Assembly (NCBI GenBank): GCA_043804695.1
Contig: JAZDIV010000006.1
Span: forward strand, 1-29,358
From: PVC group bacterium
GTDB taxonomy: Bacteria > Auribacterota > Erginobacteria > Erginobacterales > Erginobacteraceae
DNA: 29,358 nucleotides
Direction of reading: 5' to 3'
The notes under the pieces are model-generated. The model searched no databases, had not been told where the DNA came from, and saw nothing but the letters and a program-made list of their open reading frames with translations. Position 1 is the first letter of the stretch. Each line of letters begins with the position of its first letter. This document shows positions 1 through 7,652 of the stretch, in pieces. Both the position numbers and the translations under genes were made by a program.

Positions 1-1092
1 CAGGAAGGGACACTTCAGGACCGGGGCGATCTCCCGGAAGAAATACGGGTGAATCACGTCCGCGATCTCGAGGCTGTCCCAGAAGATCGTGAACTTCCGG
101 CCCAGAAGGAGGATGAAGCTGCCGGGGTTTTTTTTGATAAAGTCAAAGCTCTGCCCGAACCAGAACGCGGAGACCTCGGACGGCTTGAGCGGGCGGCCCA
201 AAGCCCTCCGGGCGATCTTCTCCGCGTCCTGCCGGAGGGTCGCCCCCCCGCTCCGCAGGATCGGGGGCGGCTCGAAGACCCCGCGGGAGTGGGGGTTGTT
301 GCCGATAAAAAAGTTGATCCCCCCGTGGGCCGTCAGGGGGACGAAGTCCCGGCCGACCTGCCAGTTCCGGAGGGCGACCAGCCCCAGGACGAGGACCACC
401 CCCGACAGGTAGGCGGCGATTCGCCTTCCTCCGCCTGAGCTTCGGCGAAAGCGGAGGAAGATCCAGACCGCGACCAGGGGGATAAAGGCAATGATATGGG
501 CGCTGGCGGTCGCGGTCAGACCCAGGAGCAGCCCGGCGCCGAGCCAGCCGGCCCAGCCGCCGCGCCGGTCTTCCAGCCGAAGCAGATAGAGGAGGACCAG
601 AGCCTCGAGGAAGATGATCAGGACCGGGGAGAGGATGGCCGAGTCGTAGACGATCAGCCAGCCGTAAACGGACATGAAGAAAGCCGCCAGCAGACCGACG
701 CCGGCGTTGAAGAACCGCCGCCCGATCAGGAAGATCAGCCAGCAGTTGACGGTCCCCATCACCACCTGGATGAACCGGGCCGTCTGGAGATTGACCCCGG
801 CAATGGCATAGATCAGTCCCAGCAGATACGGATAGAGGGGGAGGGCGAAGAAGACCTCTTTTCCCAGCCAGTCTCCGCCGGCGATCCCGGCGGCCCAGTC
901 GTGGTAGGTCTTCGAGTCCTCGATGACCATCCCGGCGATGGGGCTTTTGGCGATCTGATAAAAGAAAATGAAACGGAGGGAGAAGGCCAGGAAAAGGATC
1001 GCCGCCAGGATGATGCCCGTGTTCCGGGACAGCCGCTCTTGGTCAGGTCCGGCGTCTGATTTTTTATCAGGATGTTTTTTCTTTGCCGTCAT
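1..1092 (-). CDS. GT-C fold membrane glycosyltransferase (ArnT/PMT_2-like, GT39/83), runs off the window start
   Basis: Not in the ORF track because no stop lies in the window. Manual translation from ATG 1092 gives MTAKKKHPD...AAILFLAFSLRFIFF...EDSKTYHDWAAGIAGGDWLGKEVFFALPLYPYLLG...HGGINFFIGNNP. It has multiple TM segments, an acidic D..Y loop and a P.YP motif typical of GT-C enzymes. Confidence 0.8.
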   Translation of the reverse strand, partial: MTAKKKHPDKKSDAGPDQERLSRNTGIILAAILFLAFSLRFIFFYQIAKSPIAGMVIEDSKTYHDWAAGIAGGDWLGKEVFFALPLYPYLLGLIYAIAGVNLQTARFIQVVMGTVNCWLIFLIGRRFFNAGVGLLAAFFMSVYGWLIVYDSAILSPVLIIFLEALVLLYLLRLEDRRGGWAGWLGAGLLLGLTATASAHIIAFIPLVAVWIFLRFRRSSGGGRRIAAYLSGVVLVLGLVALRNWQVGRDFVPLTAHGGINFFIGNNPHSRGVFEPPPILRSGGATLRQDAEKIARRALGRPLKPSEVSAFWFGQSFDFIKKNPGSFILLLGRKFTIFWDSLEIADVIHPYFFREIAPVLKCPFL

Positions 1093-1154
1093 GCATCCTT
1101 ACTATACCAGCGGCGGCGGCTTCGAACACGGAAATAATAACCGGAAAAAACATA

Positions 1155-1182
1155 TTGATAGAATATTTTTCTTTGGTAGTAT
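1155..1182 (+). promoter_or_regulatory. Putative sigma70 promoter for the OMP and small-protein genes
   Basis: TTGATA (1155-1160), 16-bp spacer, extended -10 TGgTAGTAT (1174-1182) in an AT-rich divergent intergenic region. Confidence 0.45.
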
Positions 1183-1240
1183 GGTCTGGCCGCGGCGGCC
1201 GGGCCGTTAGCTTATTGCCGCGGCAGTTCAATAAATATGC

Positions 1241-1353
1241 GCCTGATTAACCTGAAAAGAATTTAGTACCTGATTACTCTGATTGACCTGAAAAAGAAAA
1301 AAATCAGAGAAATCAGGTAAAACTTGTCCTGAGCGAAGTCGAAGGATCAGGTG
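1241..1353. repeat. Imperfect inverted short-repeat element (CCTGATT / AATCAGG units) containing a TCCTGAGCGAAGTCGAAGGA palindrome
   Basis: cctgattaacctga...cctgattactctgattgacctga faces aatcagagaaatcaggta...atcaggtg; the mini-palindrome is at 1327-1346. Confidence 0.6.
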
Positions 1354-1406
1354 CAAAAAAGTTGCCCGAGTGAAGTGAACTAATTTACAAATGAACTGAG
1401 GAGAAA

Positions 1407-1949
1407 ATGATGAAAAAAATGATGGCGGCGGCGGTCGTCCTGCTTCTGGTCACGGTGGTTCCGGCCGTCCGGGCCGAGTTCGGGATCGGGGGCGGCATCT
1501 ACTACAACCGGCAGCTGGGCGATCTCAAGAACGATAAAGTCAGGGATTTCGACAAGGACTTTGTTTCCTACGTGCTCTCCCTGAAGTACCAGTTCGCGTC
1601 CGTCCTCGGCCTGGAAGGCAATCTCGATTACTACAACGGCAGCGGCACGATCGACTACACCCTGCGGCCGATGGGGACCGCGGTTTTGAGCATACCGCTT
1701 CCCGTATTCGATCTCTTCAATGCCGGCGTGGGGATCAATTCAACCTACACCAAATTCAAGGAAGCCGGCGGCACGAAGGGCGAATGGTCCAAGCTCAGCT
1801 ATCACTTCAAGGCCGGCGTTCAGCTCCCGGTCGCCGACATTCTCTGGATATGCGGCGACTGTTATTACTTCGTCGACGACCTGAAAGACATCGAGGATTT
1901 TAATTCGGATCTGCTCACCTTCGGAGCCCGGGCATTGCTCCGGTTTTAA
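1407..1949 (+). CDS. Outer-membrane beta-barrel protein (small, 8-strand OMP-like)
   Basis: Signal peptide ending AVRA, alternating amphipathic strands, C-terminal ...FGARALLRF with terminal Phe (BAM signal), and RBS GAGGAG upstream. Confidence 0.8.
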   Translation: MMKKMMAAAVVLLLVTVVPAVRAEFGIGGGIYYNRQLGDLKNDKVRDFDKDFVSYVLSLKYQFASVLGLEGNLDYYNGSGTIDYTLRPMGTAVLSIPLPVFDLFNAGVGINSTYTKFKEAGGTKGEWSKLSYHFKAGVQLPVADILWICGDCYYFVDDLKDIEDFNSDLLTFGARALLRF

Positions 1950-2010
1950 GGGACGCTGTCCGGATTAAAGAACATCAACCAGGCCCCCGGGCCGGAAAGG
2001 AGGTAGTACC

Positions 2011-2202
2011 ATGGCGTTAAGCGATCCCCTTCAGTTTTATGATGTGAAGGCAAAGGGAAAAGTCAGCATCCCGCTCTCCCAGGTCCGCTATGAAGAAAGA
2101 AAGGGCAGGGGTTTTGCCGTAGCCAAGTCCCCGAGCGGGAACTATGACTGCTGGAGAGTCCTCGGCAAGGCCGACGCTGAACAGCTGAAGAAGATGAAGT
2201 AG
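2011..2202 (+). CDS. Small basic protein resembling crenarchaeal chromatin protein CC1 (putative nucleoid-associated DNA-binding protein)
   Basis: Strong RBS AAAGGAGGT before the ATG; 63 aa and K/R-rich; motifs FYDVKAK, FAVAKSP and WRVLGK match the CC1 pattern as I recall it. Confidence 0.65.
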   Translation: MALSDPLQFYDVKAKGKVSIPLSQVRYEERKGRGFAVAKSPSGNYDCWRVLGKADAEQLKKMK

Positions 2203-2262
2203 TCCCCCTGCCGGTGTGCGGTTGCCGGGAGCCGGAAGGTATTTTTTCATCTTGTCTGCAGC

Positions 2263-2296
2263 AAGCAAGCAGGATAGGGTTCTATCCTGCTTGCTT
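2263..2296 (+). terminator. Perfect 15-bp hairpin, probable terminator or REP-like element
   Basis: AAGCAAGCAGGATAG-GGTT-CTATCCTGCTTGCTT followed by a T-rich tract, about 60 bp after the stop at 2202. Confidence 0.55.
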
Positions 2297-2300
2297 CCTC

Positions 2301-2502
2301 TTCTTATTTTTCCTCCGGAAAAATAAGAAATTATATCATCCATAATGTGCAGTTGGAGTGGTGGTATATGTCGGCTGTGGTGAGGAATACTTTTTGCGAT
2401 GTTGCCTCCGGAATGTAGCTTTTGTTTAAACAACAGACCCCCCCGACTGAATCAGTCGGGGGGGTCCATTATAAATTTGCGAGCGCAGCGAGCTAATTTA
2501 TA
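2301..2502 (+). repeat. Structured intergenic element, copy A (homologous to 24703-24904)
   Basis: TCTTATTTTT..AAAAATAAGA hairpin, diverged middle, GAC7GACTGAATCAGTCG7TC hairpin (2436-2466), then a 36-bp segment (2467-2502) identical to 24869-24904. Confidence 0.85.
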
Positions 2503-3677
2503 TGGCTATTGAACTGGCGGCAGTCTGGATCAATCCCTACACCATCAAAAAATCCCGGACCGGGGGGGTGATCGCCCGGCTTCTCTCTCTCGGTTCGGGC
2601 GAACTGATGGCCGCCCGGATGTTTTCTCCCAGCCGGGAACTGGTGGATCTCTACTGCCGGATCATTTCCCGCAAGGGTTCCGAGGAGTCGATGCTGGTCC
2701 GGGAGCAGATCCGTTCCTACCTTCTTCACAACTGGGTTCCGGTCAAGGGGCGGCGGGATCTCCCCCGGGTGATGATGCTTCTCTTCAAGGGAGAGGACGT
2801 CATCCGGCACCTGCGCCGGGACGTGGTCGGGCACATCCTCCGGGATTCCGGCTCCGGCGAGACGGTCCGGGATACCTACGGCGACTATGTGAAAAACGCC
2901 CGCGGGGACATCACCTATTTCGAGCCCGCCGTCTTCATCATCCCCGAGGCGGCCGAAGCGGAGGCGACCCTCCAGCTCTGGGCCCGTTTCTCCGACCGCG
3001 ACGGCGGACTGCTCTTCCATTCCTGCGGCTATCCCCGGGGGGTGAAGCCGGAAATAACCCTGGTCCTGATGAAGCCGGAAAATTTCAAGGGACAGAGCAG
3101 CCTGGCCGGCAACGTGATGGACATCATCTCCCGGACCGGCTTGCGGATCGTCGGCGCCAAGATCGTCCACATGAGCGTCGAACAGGCGGAAGAGTTCTAT
3201 GGACCGGTCGCCCGGGCGCTCCCGGAGAAAATGAAGCCGATGGTGGTTCAGGTGTTAAAGCAGTGCCTGGATCACACGCTGGACTTTTCCTTCCCGGAAC
3301 CGGTCTATGAAAAGATGGCGGATATGCTGAAGGATTTTAAGGCCCGCCATGAATTCAACACCATCATCCAGGGGATGACCGGGATCAACCCCGATGAGAT
3401 AACCGGCCTCCGGGCGAAGAGAGCTCCCGGCACCGAGAAATGCCTGGCCCTGATCTACCAGGGGGACCGGGCGATCTCCCGGATCCGGAGCGTCCTCGGG
3501 GCCACCGACCCGACCAAGGCGGGGTGGGCGACCATCCGCCGGATTTACGGCCACAGCATCAGTCAGAACGTCGCCCACGCGTCCGACTCTCCCCGCAACG
3601 TCGGCCGGGAGATGAGAATCATCGGGATGGAGAAAAACGACCTGAAAAAAATCATCACCGAATTTTACCGGAAATGA
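2502..3677 (+). CDS. ndk: Nucleoside-diphosphate kinase, two-domain form
   Basis: The C-terminal domain has TLVLMKP...RSVLGATDP...TIRRIYG...NVAHASDS with the catalytic His. The N-terminal half is a degenerate NDK-like domain (WINPYTIKKSRTGGVIAR...TVRDTYG). Confidence 0.85.
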   Translation: MAIELAAVWINPYTIKKSRTGGVIARLLSLGSGELMAARMFSPSRELVDLYCRIISRKGSEESMLVREQIRSYLLHNWVPVKGRRDLPRVMMLLFKGEDVIRHLRRDVVGHILRDSGSGETVRDTYGDYVKNARGDITYFEPAVFIIPEAAEAEATLQLWARFSDRDGGLLFHSCGYPRGVKPEITLVLMKPENFKGQSSLAGNVMDIISRTGLRIVGAKIVHMSVEQAEEFYGPVARALPEKMKPMVVQVLKQCLDHTLDFSFPEPVYEKMADMLKDFKARHEFNTIIQGMTGINPDEITGLRAKRAPGTEKCLALIYQGDRAISRIRSVLGATDPTKAGWATIRRIYGHSISQNVAHASDSPRNVGREMRIIGMEKNDLKKIITEFYRK

Positions 3678-4852
3678 ACATATCACCCCGTTTGAGTCAG
3701 ATCAGTCCCTCGCTCACTCTTGAGATCACCGGCCGGGCCAAGGCCCTGAAGAAAGAAGGGATCGACATCGTCAGCTTCGCCGCCGGCGAACCGGACTTCG
3801 ATACCCCGGAACACATCCGGGAGGCGGCCAAGAAAGCGATCGATGGGGGCAAGACCCGCTACACCCCGGCCCGGGGGATGCCGGAACTGATCGAGGCGGT
3901 CCGGGAGAAGTTCCGCCGGGACAACCGCCTCGATTACCCGGCTTCCGGGATCATCATCTCCTGCGGCGCCAAGCACTCCCTTTTCAATGCCTTCCAGGCG
4001 GTCTGCCGGGAGGGGGACGAGGTGATCATACCATCCCCCCACTGGGTGACCTACCCCGAGCAGGTCCGCCTGGCGGGGGCGGAGCCGGTCTTCCTGGAGA
4101 CGGCGGAGGAGGAAGATTTTGGGATCGATCGGGAGCGGCTGGTTTCCCTGATCAGTCCCCGGACCAGGGCGATGGTCGTCTCCAGCCCGTCCAACCCGAC
4201 CGGGAGCGGCTACGGGAGAGAAGATCTGGAGTTTATCGCCGATCTGGCCCTGAAACACGATCTCTGCCTGATCAGCGATGAGATCTACGAGAAACTGGTC
4301 TTCGACGGATACCGGGCCGTCAGCATCGCGTCGTTGAGCCGGGAAGTCCGGGACCGCACCATCGTCGTCAACGGGGTGTCCAAGACTTACGCGATGACCG
4401 GCTGGCGGATCGGGTACCTGGGAGCGCCCGAAAAAGTGGCGAAGGCGATCGGCAGTTTTCAGTCGCACAGCACGTCCAACCCGACCACCCCTGCCCAGTA
4501 TGCCGCCCTGGCGGCCCTGACCGGCGACCAGGGATGCGTGGAGACGATGCGGCGCGCCTTTGAGGAACGAAGGAACCTGATGGTGGAACGGCTGAACACT
4601 ATCCCCGGTGTCCACACCACCACGCCCCGGGGGACGTTTTACACGTTTCCGAACATCGGCTCCCTGGGGAAGCCGTCGCTGGAGCTGGCCGCCGAACTGC
4701 TGGACCGGGCCCGGATCGCGGTTGTCCCCGGAGCGGCGTTCGGGCGGGACAGCAACATCCGGATGTCTTTCGCCGACTCGACCGAAAACCTGATCAAGGG
4801 CCTGGACCGGCTGGAGGAGTTTATCCGTGACCGTGATCGGGATATTTTTTAA
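3674..4852 (+). CDS. aspC: Class I/II PLP-dependent aminotransferase (aspartate aminotransferase-like)
   Basis: AGEPDFDTP, SPSNPTG, SDEIYE and GVSKTYAMTGWRIGY (PLP lysine). The true start is ATG 3674, overlapping the ndk stop (ATGA). Confidence 0.9.
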   Translation: MNISPRLSQISPSLTLEITGRAKALKKEGIDIVSFAAGEPDFDTPEHIREAAKKAIDGGKTRYTPARGMPELIEAVREKFRRDNRLDYPASGIIISCGAKHSLFNAFQAVCREGDEVIIPSPHWVTYPEQVRLAGAEPVFLETAEEEDFGIDRERLVSLISPRTRAMVVSSPSNPTGSGYGREDLEFIADLALKHDLCLISDEIYEKLVFDGYRAVSIASLSREVRDRTIVVNGVSKTYAMTGWRIGYLGAPEKVAKAIGSFQSHSTSNPTTPAQYAALAALTGDQGCVETMRRAFEERRNLMVERLNTIPGVHTTTPRGTFYTFPNIGSLGKPSLELAAELLDRARIAVVPGAAFGRDSNIRMSFADSTENLIKGLDRLEEFIRDRDRDIF

Positions 4853-4901
4853 AATCCGAATGGAGGGGCGATCCTTATGATCACCCACCCGCCGCAGAAT
4901 C

Positions 4902-5462
4902 ATGAAGAAGATGTCAGTTCTCTTGTTCCTGATGTGTATGCCGTCGCCGGGCCTTTCCGTCGAGATCGCCGGCGTTGAGATTCCCGGTACGATACAGACC
5001 GACGGGATAACGCTTGTCCTCAACGGTGCCGGTCTCCGGACCAAGACTTTCCTGAAGATCAAGGTCTATGCCGCCGGTCTCTATCTGCCGGAAAAGTCGG
5101 ACTCCGGCGGCGCTATCGTTGCCGCCGATACCCCGATGGCCATCCGGATGGTCTTCATCTACGACGGGGTCTCTCCCGAGAAACTGGTCGATGCCTGGAA
5201 CGAGGGTTTTGAGAATGCCGGGGCAACGGCGTCTCTCGAAAATGAGATCGGGGTTTTCAATGCCTGCTTCACCCGGGAAGCGAAGCGCGGTGATGTCTAC
5301 GATCTGATCTATCTCCCAGGAAAGGGTGTGGCGGTCATTATTAACGGCGCTCCGGAGGGAATGATACCGGGCCTGGCTTTTAAAAAGGCTCTCTTCTCCA
5401 TCTGGCTGGGAGACGACCCCTGTGACGACGACCTGAAGGAGGCAATGTTGGGGATGGATTAA
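4902..5462 (+). CDS. Chalcone-isomerase-like (Chalcone_3) exported protein
   Basis: Signal peptide; LVLNGAGLRTKTFLKIKVYAAGLYL and FKKALFSIWLG...LKEAMLG motifs. Confidence 0.85.
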   Translation: MKKMSVLLFLMCMPSPGLSVEIAGVEIPGTIQTDGITLVLNGAGLRTKTFLKIKVYAAGLYLPEKSDSGGAIVAADTPMAIRMVFIYDGVSPEKLVDAWNEGFENAGATASLENEIGVFNACFTREAKRGDVYDLIYLPGKGVAVIINGAPEGMIPGLAFKKALFSIWLGDDPCDDDLKEAMLGMD

Positions 5463-5472
5463 AATTATTCCC

Positions 5473-5499
5473 TCGTTCCCACGCTCCGCGTGGGAACGA
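5473..5499. repeat. REP-like palindrome
   Basis: TCGTTCCCACGC-TCC-GCGTGGGAACGA, a 12-bp perfect stem in a 44-bp intergenic gap. Confidence 0.7.
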
Positions 5500-5506
5500 A
5501 AATTCC

Positions 5507-7453
5507 ATGGACTTCACCGTCGCCGAAAAGATTATCAAGAGCCACCTCGTCTCCGGGAAGATGGTCCCGGGTGAGGAGATCGCCCTCCGGGTCGATCAGA
5601 CCCTCACCCAGGACGCCACCGGCACCCTGGCCTGCCTTGAGTTTGAAGCTCTTGGCATCCCCCGGATCAGGACCGAACTCTCGGTCAGCTACGTCGATCA
5701 TAACACCCTTCAGGCCGGCTTCGAGAACGCCGACGACCACCGGTTCCTGCAGACGTTCGCCGCCCGGCATGGGATTTTGTTTTCCCGGCCCGGCAACGGG
5801 ATCTGTCATCAGGTCCACCTGGAGCGCTTCGGGCGCCCCGGCGCCGTCCTGCTCGGCTCCGACAGCCACACCCCGACCGCGGGAGGACTGGGGATGCTCG
5901 GCATCGGTGTCGGCGGCCTGGAGATTGCGTCCGCTCTTTCCGGCCGCCCGTTCTTCATGACCATGCCCGGGATCTTCCGGGTCAGGCTGACGGGAAGCCT
6001 CCCGCCCCTGGTCGCCGCCAAGGACGTCATCCTCTTTGTCCTCCGGGAAATCGGGGTCACGGGCGGGGTGGGGAAGATTCTGGAGTATGACGGTCCCGGG
6101 GTAAAAAGCCTTTCGGTCCCCCAGCGGGCGACCATCGCCAACATGGGGGCGGAGACGGGGGCGACGACGTCGATCTTCCCCTCTGATGAAGAGACCCGCT
6201 TCTTCCTGGCCCGGCAGGGAAGGGGAGAGGTTTTCCGGGAGATTGCCGCCGACCCCGGCGCGGCCGGCGCGGGGGAGCTGGAGATCGATCTCGGTGCCCT
6301 GGAGCCACTGATCGCCTGCCCCCATTCCCCGGCCAACGTCCGCCTGGTCCGGGAACTGGCGGGCCGGGTGGTCCAGCAGGTTTGCATCGGCAGCTGCACC
6401 AATTCTTCGCTCGGCGACCTGATGACCGTCGCCGCGATCCTCCGGGGGAAGACCGTTCACCAGGACACCAGCCTGGTCATCTCCCCGGGCTCCCGCCAAG
6501 TTCTGGAGATGATGGCCCGCAACGGCGCCCTGGCCGATCTGATCGAAGCCGGCGCCCGGGTCCTGGAGACCGCCTGCGGGCCCTGCATCGGGATGGGGCA
6601 GTCGCCCCCGACCGGGGGTGTCAGCCTCAGGACCTACAACCGGAACTTTAAGGGGAGGAGCGGGACCGCCGACGCGGAGGTCTTCCTGGTCTCGCCGGAG
6701 ACCGCCGCCGCCTCCGCCCTCGCCGGGCGGATAGCCGACCCCCGTGACCTGGGGCCGGTGCCGGTGATATCCCTGCCGGACTCCTTTACGGTCGATGACT
6801 CCCTGATCATTCCCCCGTCACGGGAACCCGGGGATGTCTCCGTCATCAGGGGGCCGAACATCTCATCCATCTCCCCCGGGGAACCGCTCCCCGACGTCAT
6901 GAGGGCGTCGGTCTGGCTCCGGACGGGCGACGATATCACCACCGACGACATCATGCCGGCCGGGGCGAAGGTCCTGCCCTACCGGTCGAACATCGAGAAA
7001 ATCTCGCGGTATGTCTTCGCCTCCATCGACCCCGGTTTTGTTGACCGGGCCCGGATGGCAAAGGAAAAGGGTCTCCGGGGTGTGATCGCGGGGGGCAAGA
7101 ACTACGGGCAGGGGTCATCCCGGGAGCACGCCGCCCTCGCCCCCTACTTCCTGGGAGTCCGGGCCGTCGTCGCCCGGTCCTTCGCCCGTATCCACCGCTC
7201 CAATCTCATCAACTTCGGCATCCTTCCCCTTGTCTTCCCGGCGGGGGAACCGGGAGGGGGCCTGGAAACGGGGGACGAGCTTTTGTTCCCGTTCCTTCGC
7301 CGGGAGGTGGCGGCGGGGAACACGGTTACCCTGCGTGACGTAACCCGCTCCCGGGATTACCGCCTGGTCCTGACGGTGACCGGCCGGGAGAAGAGCATTC
7401 TTCTGGAGGGAGGCCTGCTCAACTGGATTATCCGTTCGGGCTCCGCCTCCTGA
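5507..7453 (+). CDS. Aconitate hydratase (single-chain, Aquifex-type putative aconitase)
   Basis: QDATG, DHN, GNGICHQ, GSDSHT, [4Fe-4S] ligands IGSCTN and CGPCIGMG, NRNFKGR, TTDDIMP and GSSREHAA. Confidence 0.9.
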   Translation: MDFTVAEKIIKSHLVSGKMVPGEEIALRVDQTLTQDATGTLACLEFEALGIPRIRTELSVSYVDHNTLQAGFENADDHRFLQTFAARHGILFSRPGNGICHQVHLERFGRPGAVLLGSDSHTPTAGGLGMLGIGVGGLEIASALSGRPFFMTMPGIFRVRLTGSLPPLVAAKDVILFVLREIGVTGGVGKILEYDGPGVKSLSVPQRATIANMGAETGATTSIFPSDEETRFFLARQGRGEVFREIAADPGAAGAGELEIDLGALEPLIACPHSPANVRLVRELAGRVVQQVCIGSCTNSSLGDLMTVAAILRGKTVHQDTSLVISPGSRQVLEMMARNGALADLIEAGARVLETACGPCIGMGQSPPTGGVSLRTYNRNFKGRSGTADAEVFLVSPETAAASALAGRIADPRDLGPVPVISLPDSFTVDDSLIIPPSREPGDVSVIRGPNISSISPGEPLPDVMRASVWLRTGDDITTDDIMPAGAKVLPYRSNIEKISRYVFASIDPGFVDRARMAKEKGLRGVIAGGKNYGQGSSREHAALAPYFLGVRAVVARSFARIHRSNLINFGILPLVFPAGEPGGGLETGDELLFPFLRREVAAGNTVTLRDVTRSRDYRLVLTVTGREKSILLEGGLLNWIIRSGSAS

Positions 7454-7527
7454 CCCGGAGCGAATACGAGTGTCATCCCCCCGATATCTTCAGGTATCCG
7501 GTTGCTTCGGAATTCCAATAATTATTA

Positions 7528-7622
7528 GCCACCAAGTCACAAAGGCACCAAGAAAAGAGACAAGAGAGCACAAAATACTCACCTTATTTGGGTTTTTCTT
7601 GGCGCCTTAGTGTCTTAGTGGC
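7528..7622. repeat. Inverted 9-mer-repeat intergenic element (CACYAAGRC-type units)
   Basis: gccaccaagtcacaaaggcaccaagaa ... ttcttggcgccttagtgtcttagtggc. An inverted homolog lies at 24162-24238 and a half copy at 26130-26155. Confidence 0.75.
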
Positions 7623-7652
7623 AAAAGGTTCAGACGAAGTGAGCTGAGTCCT

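Noticed and set aside
49..1059. Plus-strand ORFs 49-438 and 496-1059, and similar long antisense or alternate-frame ORFs elsewhere (3683-5062, 10004-11506, 11615-13108, 18746-19897, 22658-23779, 24900-25979, 28403-29215)
   Set aside because: These are shadow ORFs of GC-rich genes on the opposite strand or frame and have no recognisable motifs.
1189..1224. GC-rich hairpin in the OMP leader as a riboswitch
   Set aside because: I recognise no aptamer consensus; it is a simple GCCGCGGC-based stem. An Rfam scan would settle it.
2017..2433. Minus-strand 138-aa ORF across the duplicated element
   Set aside because: The homologous copy at 24.7-24.9 kb shows stops in the frame I checked, and the ORF overlaps the better-supported small plus-strand gene.
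3440..3673. N-terminal extension of the aminotransferase in the ORF track (likewise gpmA 22341-22418)
   Set aside because: It overlaps ndk in another frame and homology begins at ATG 3674. For gpmA, homology and the RBS point to GTG 22340.
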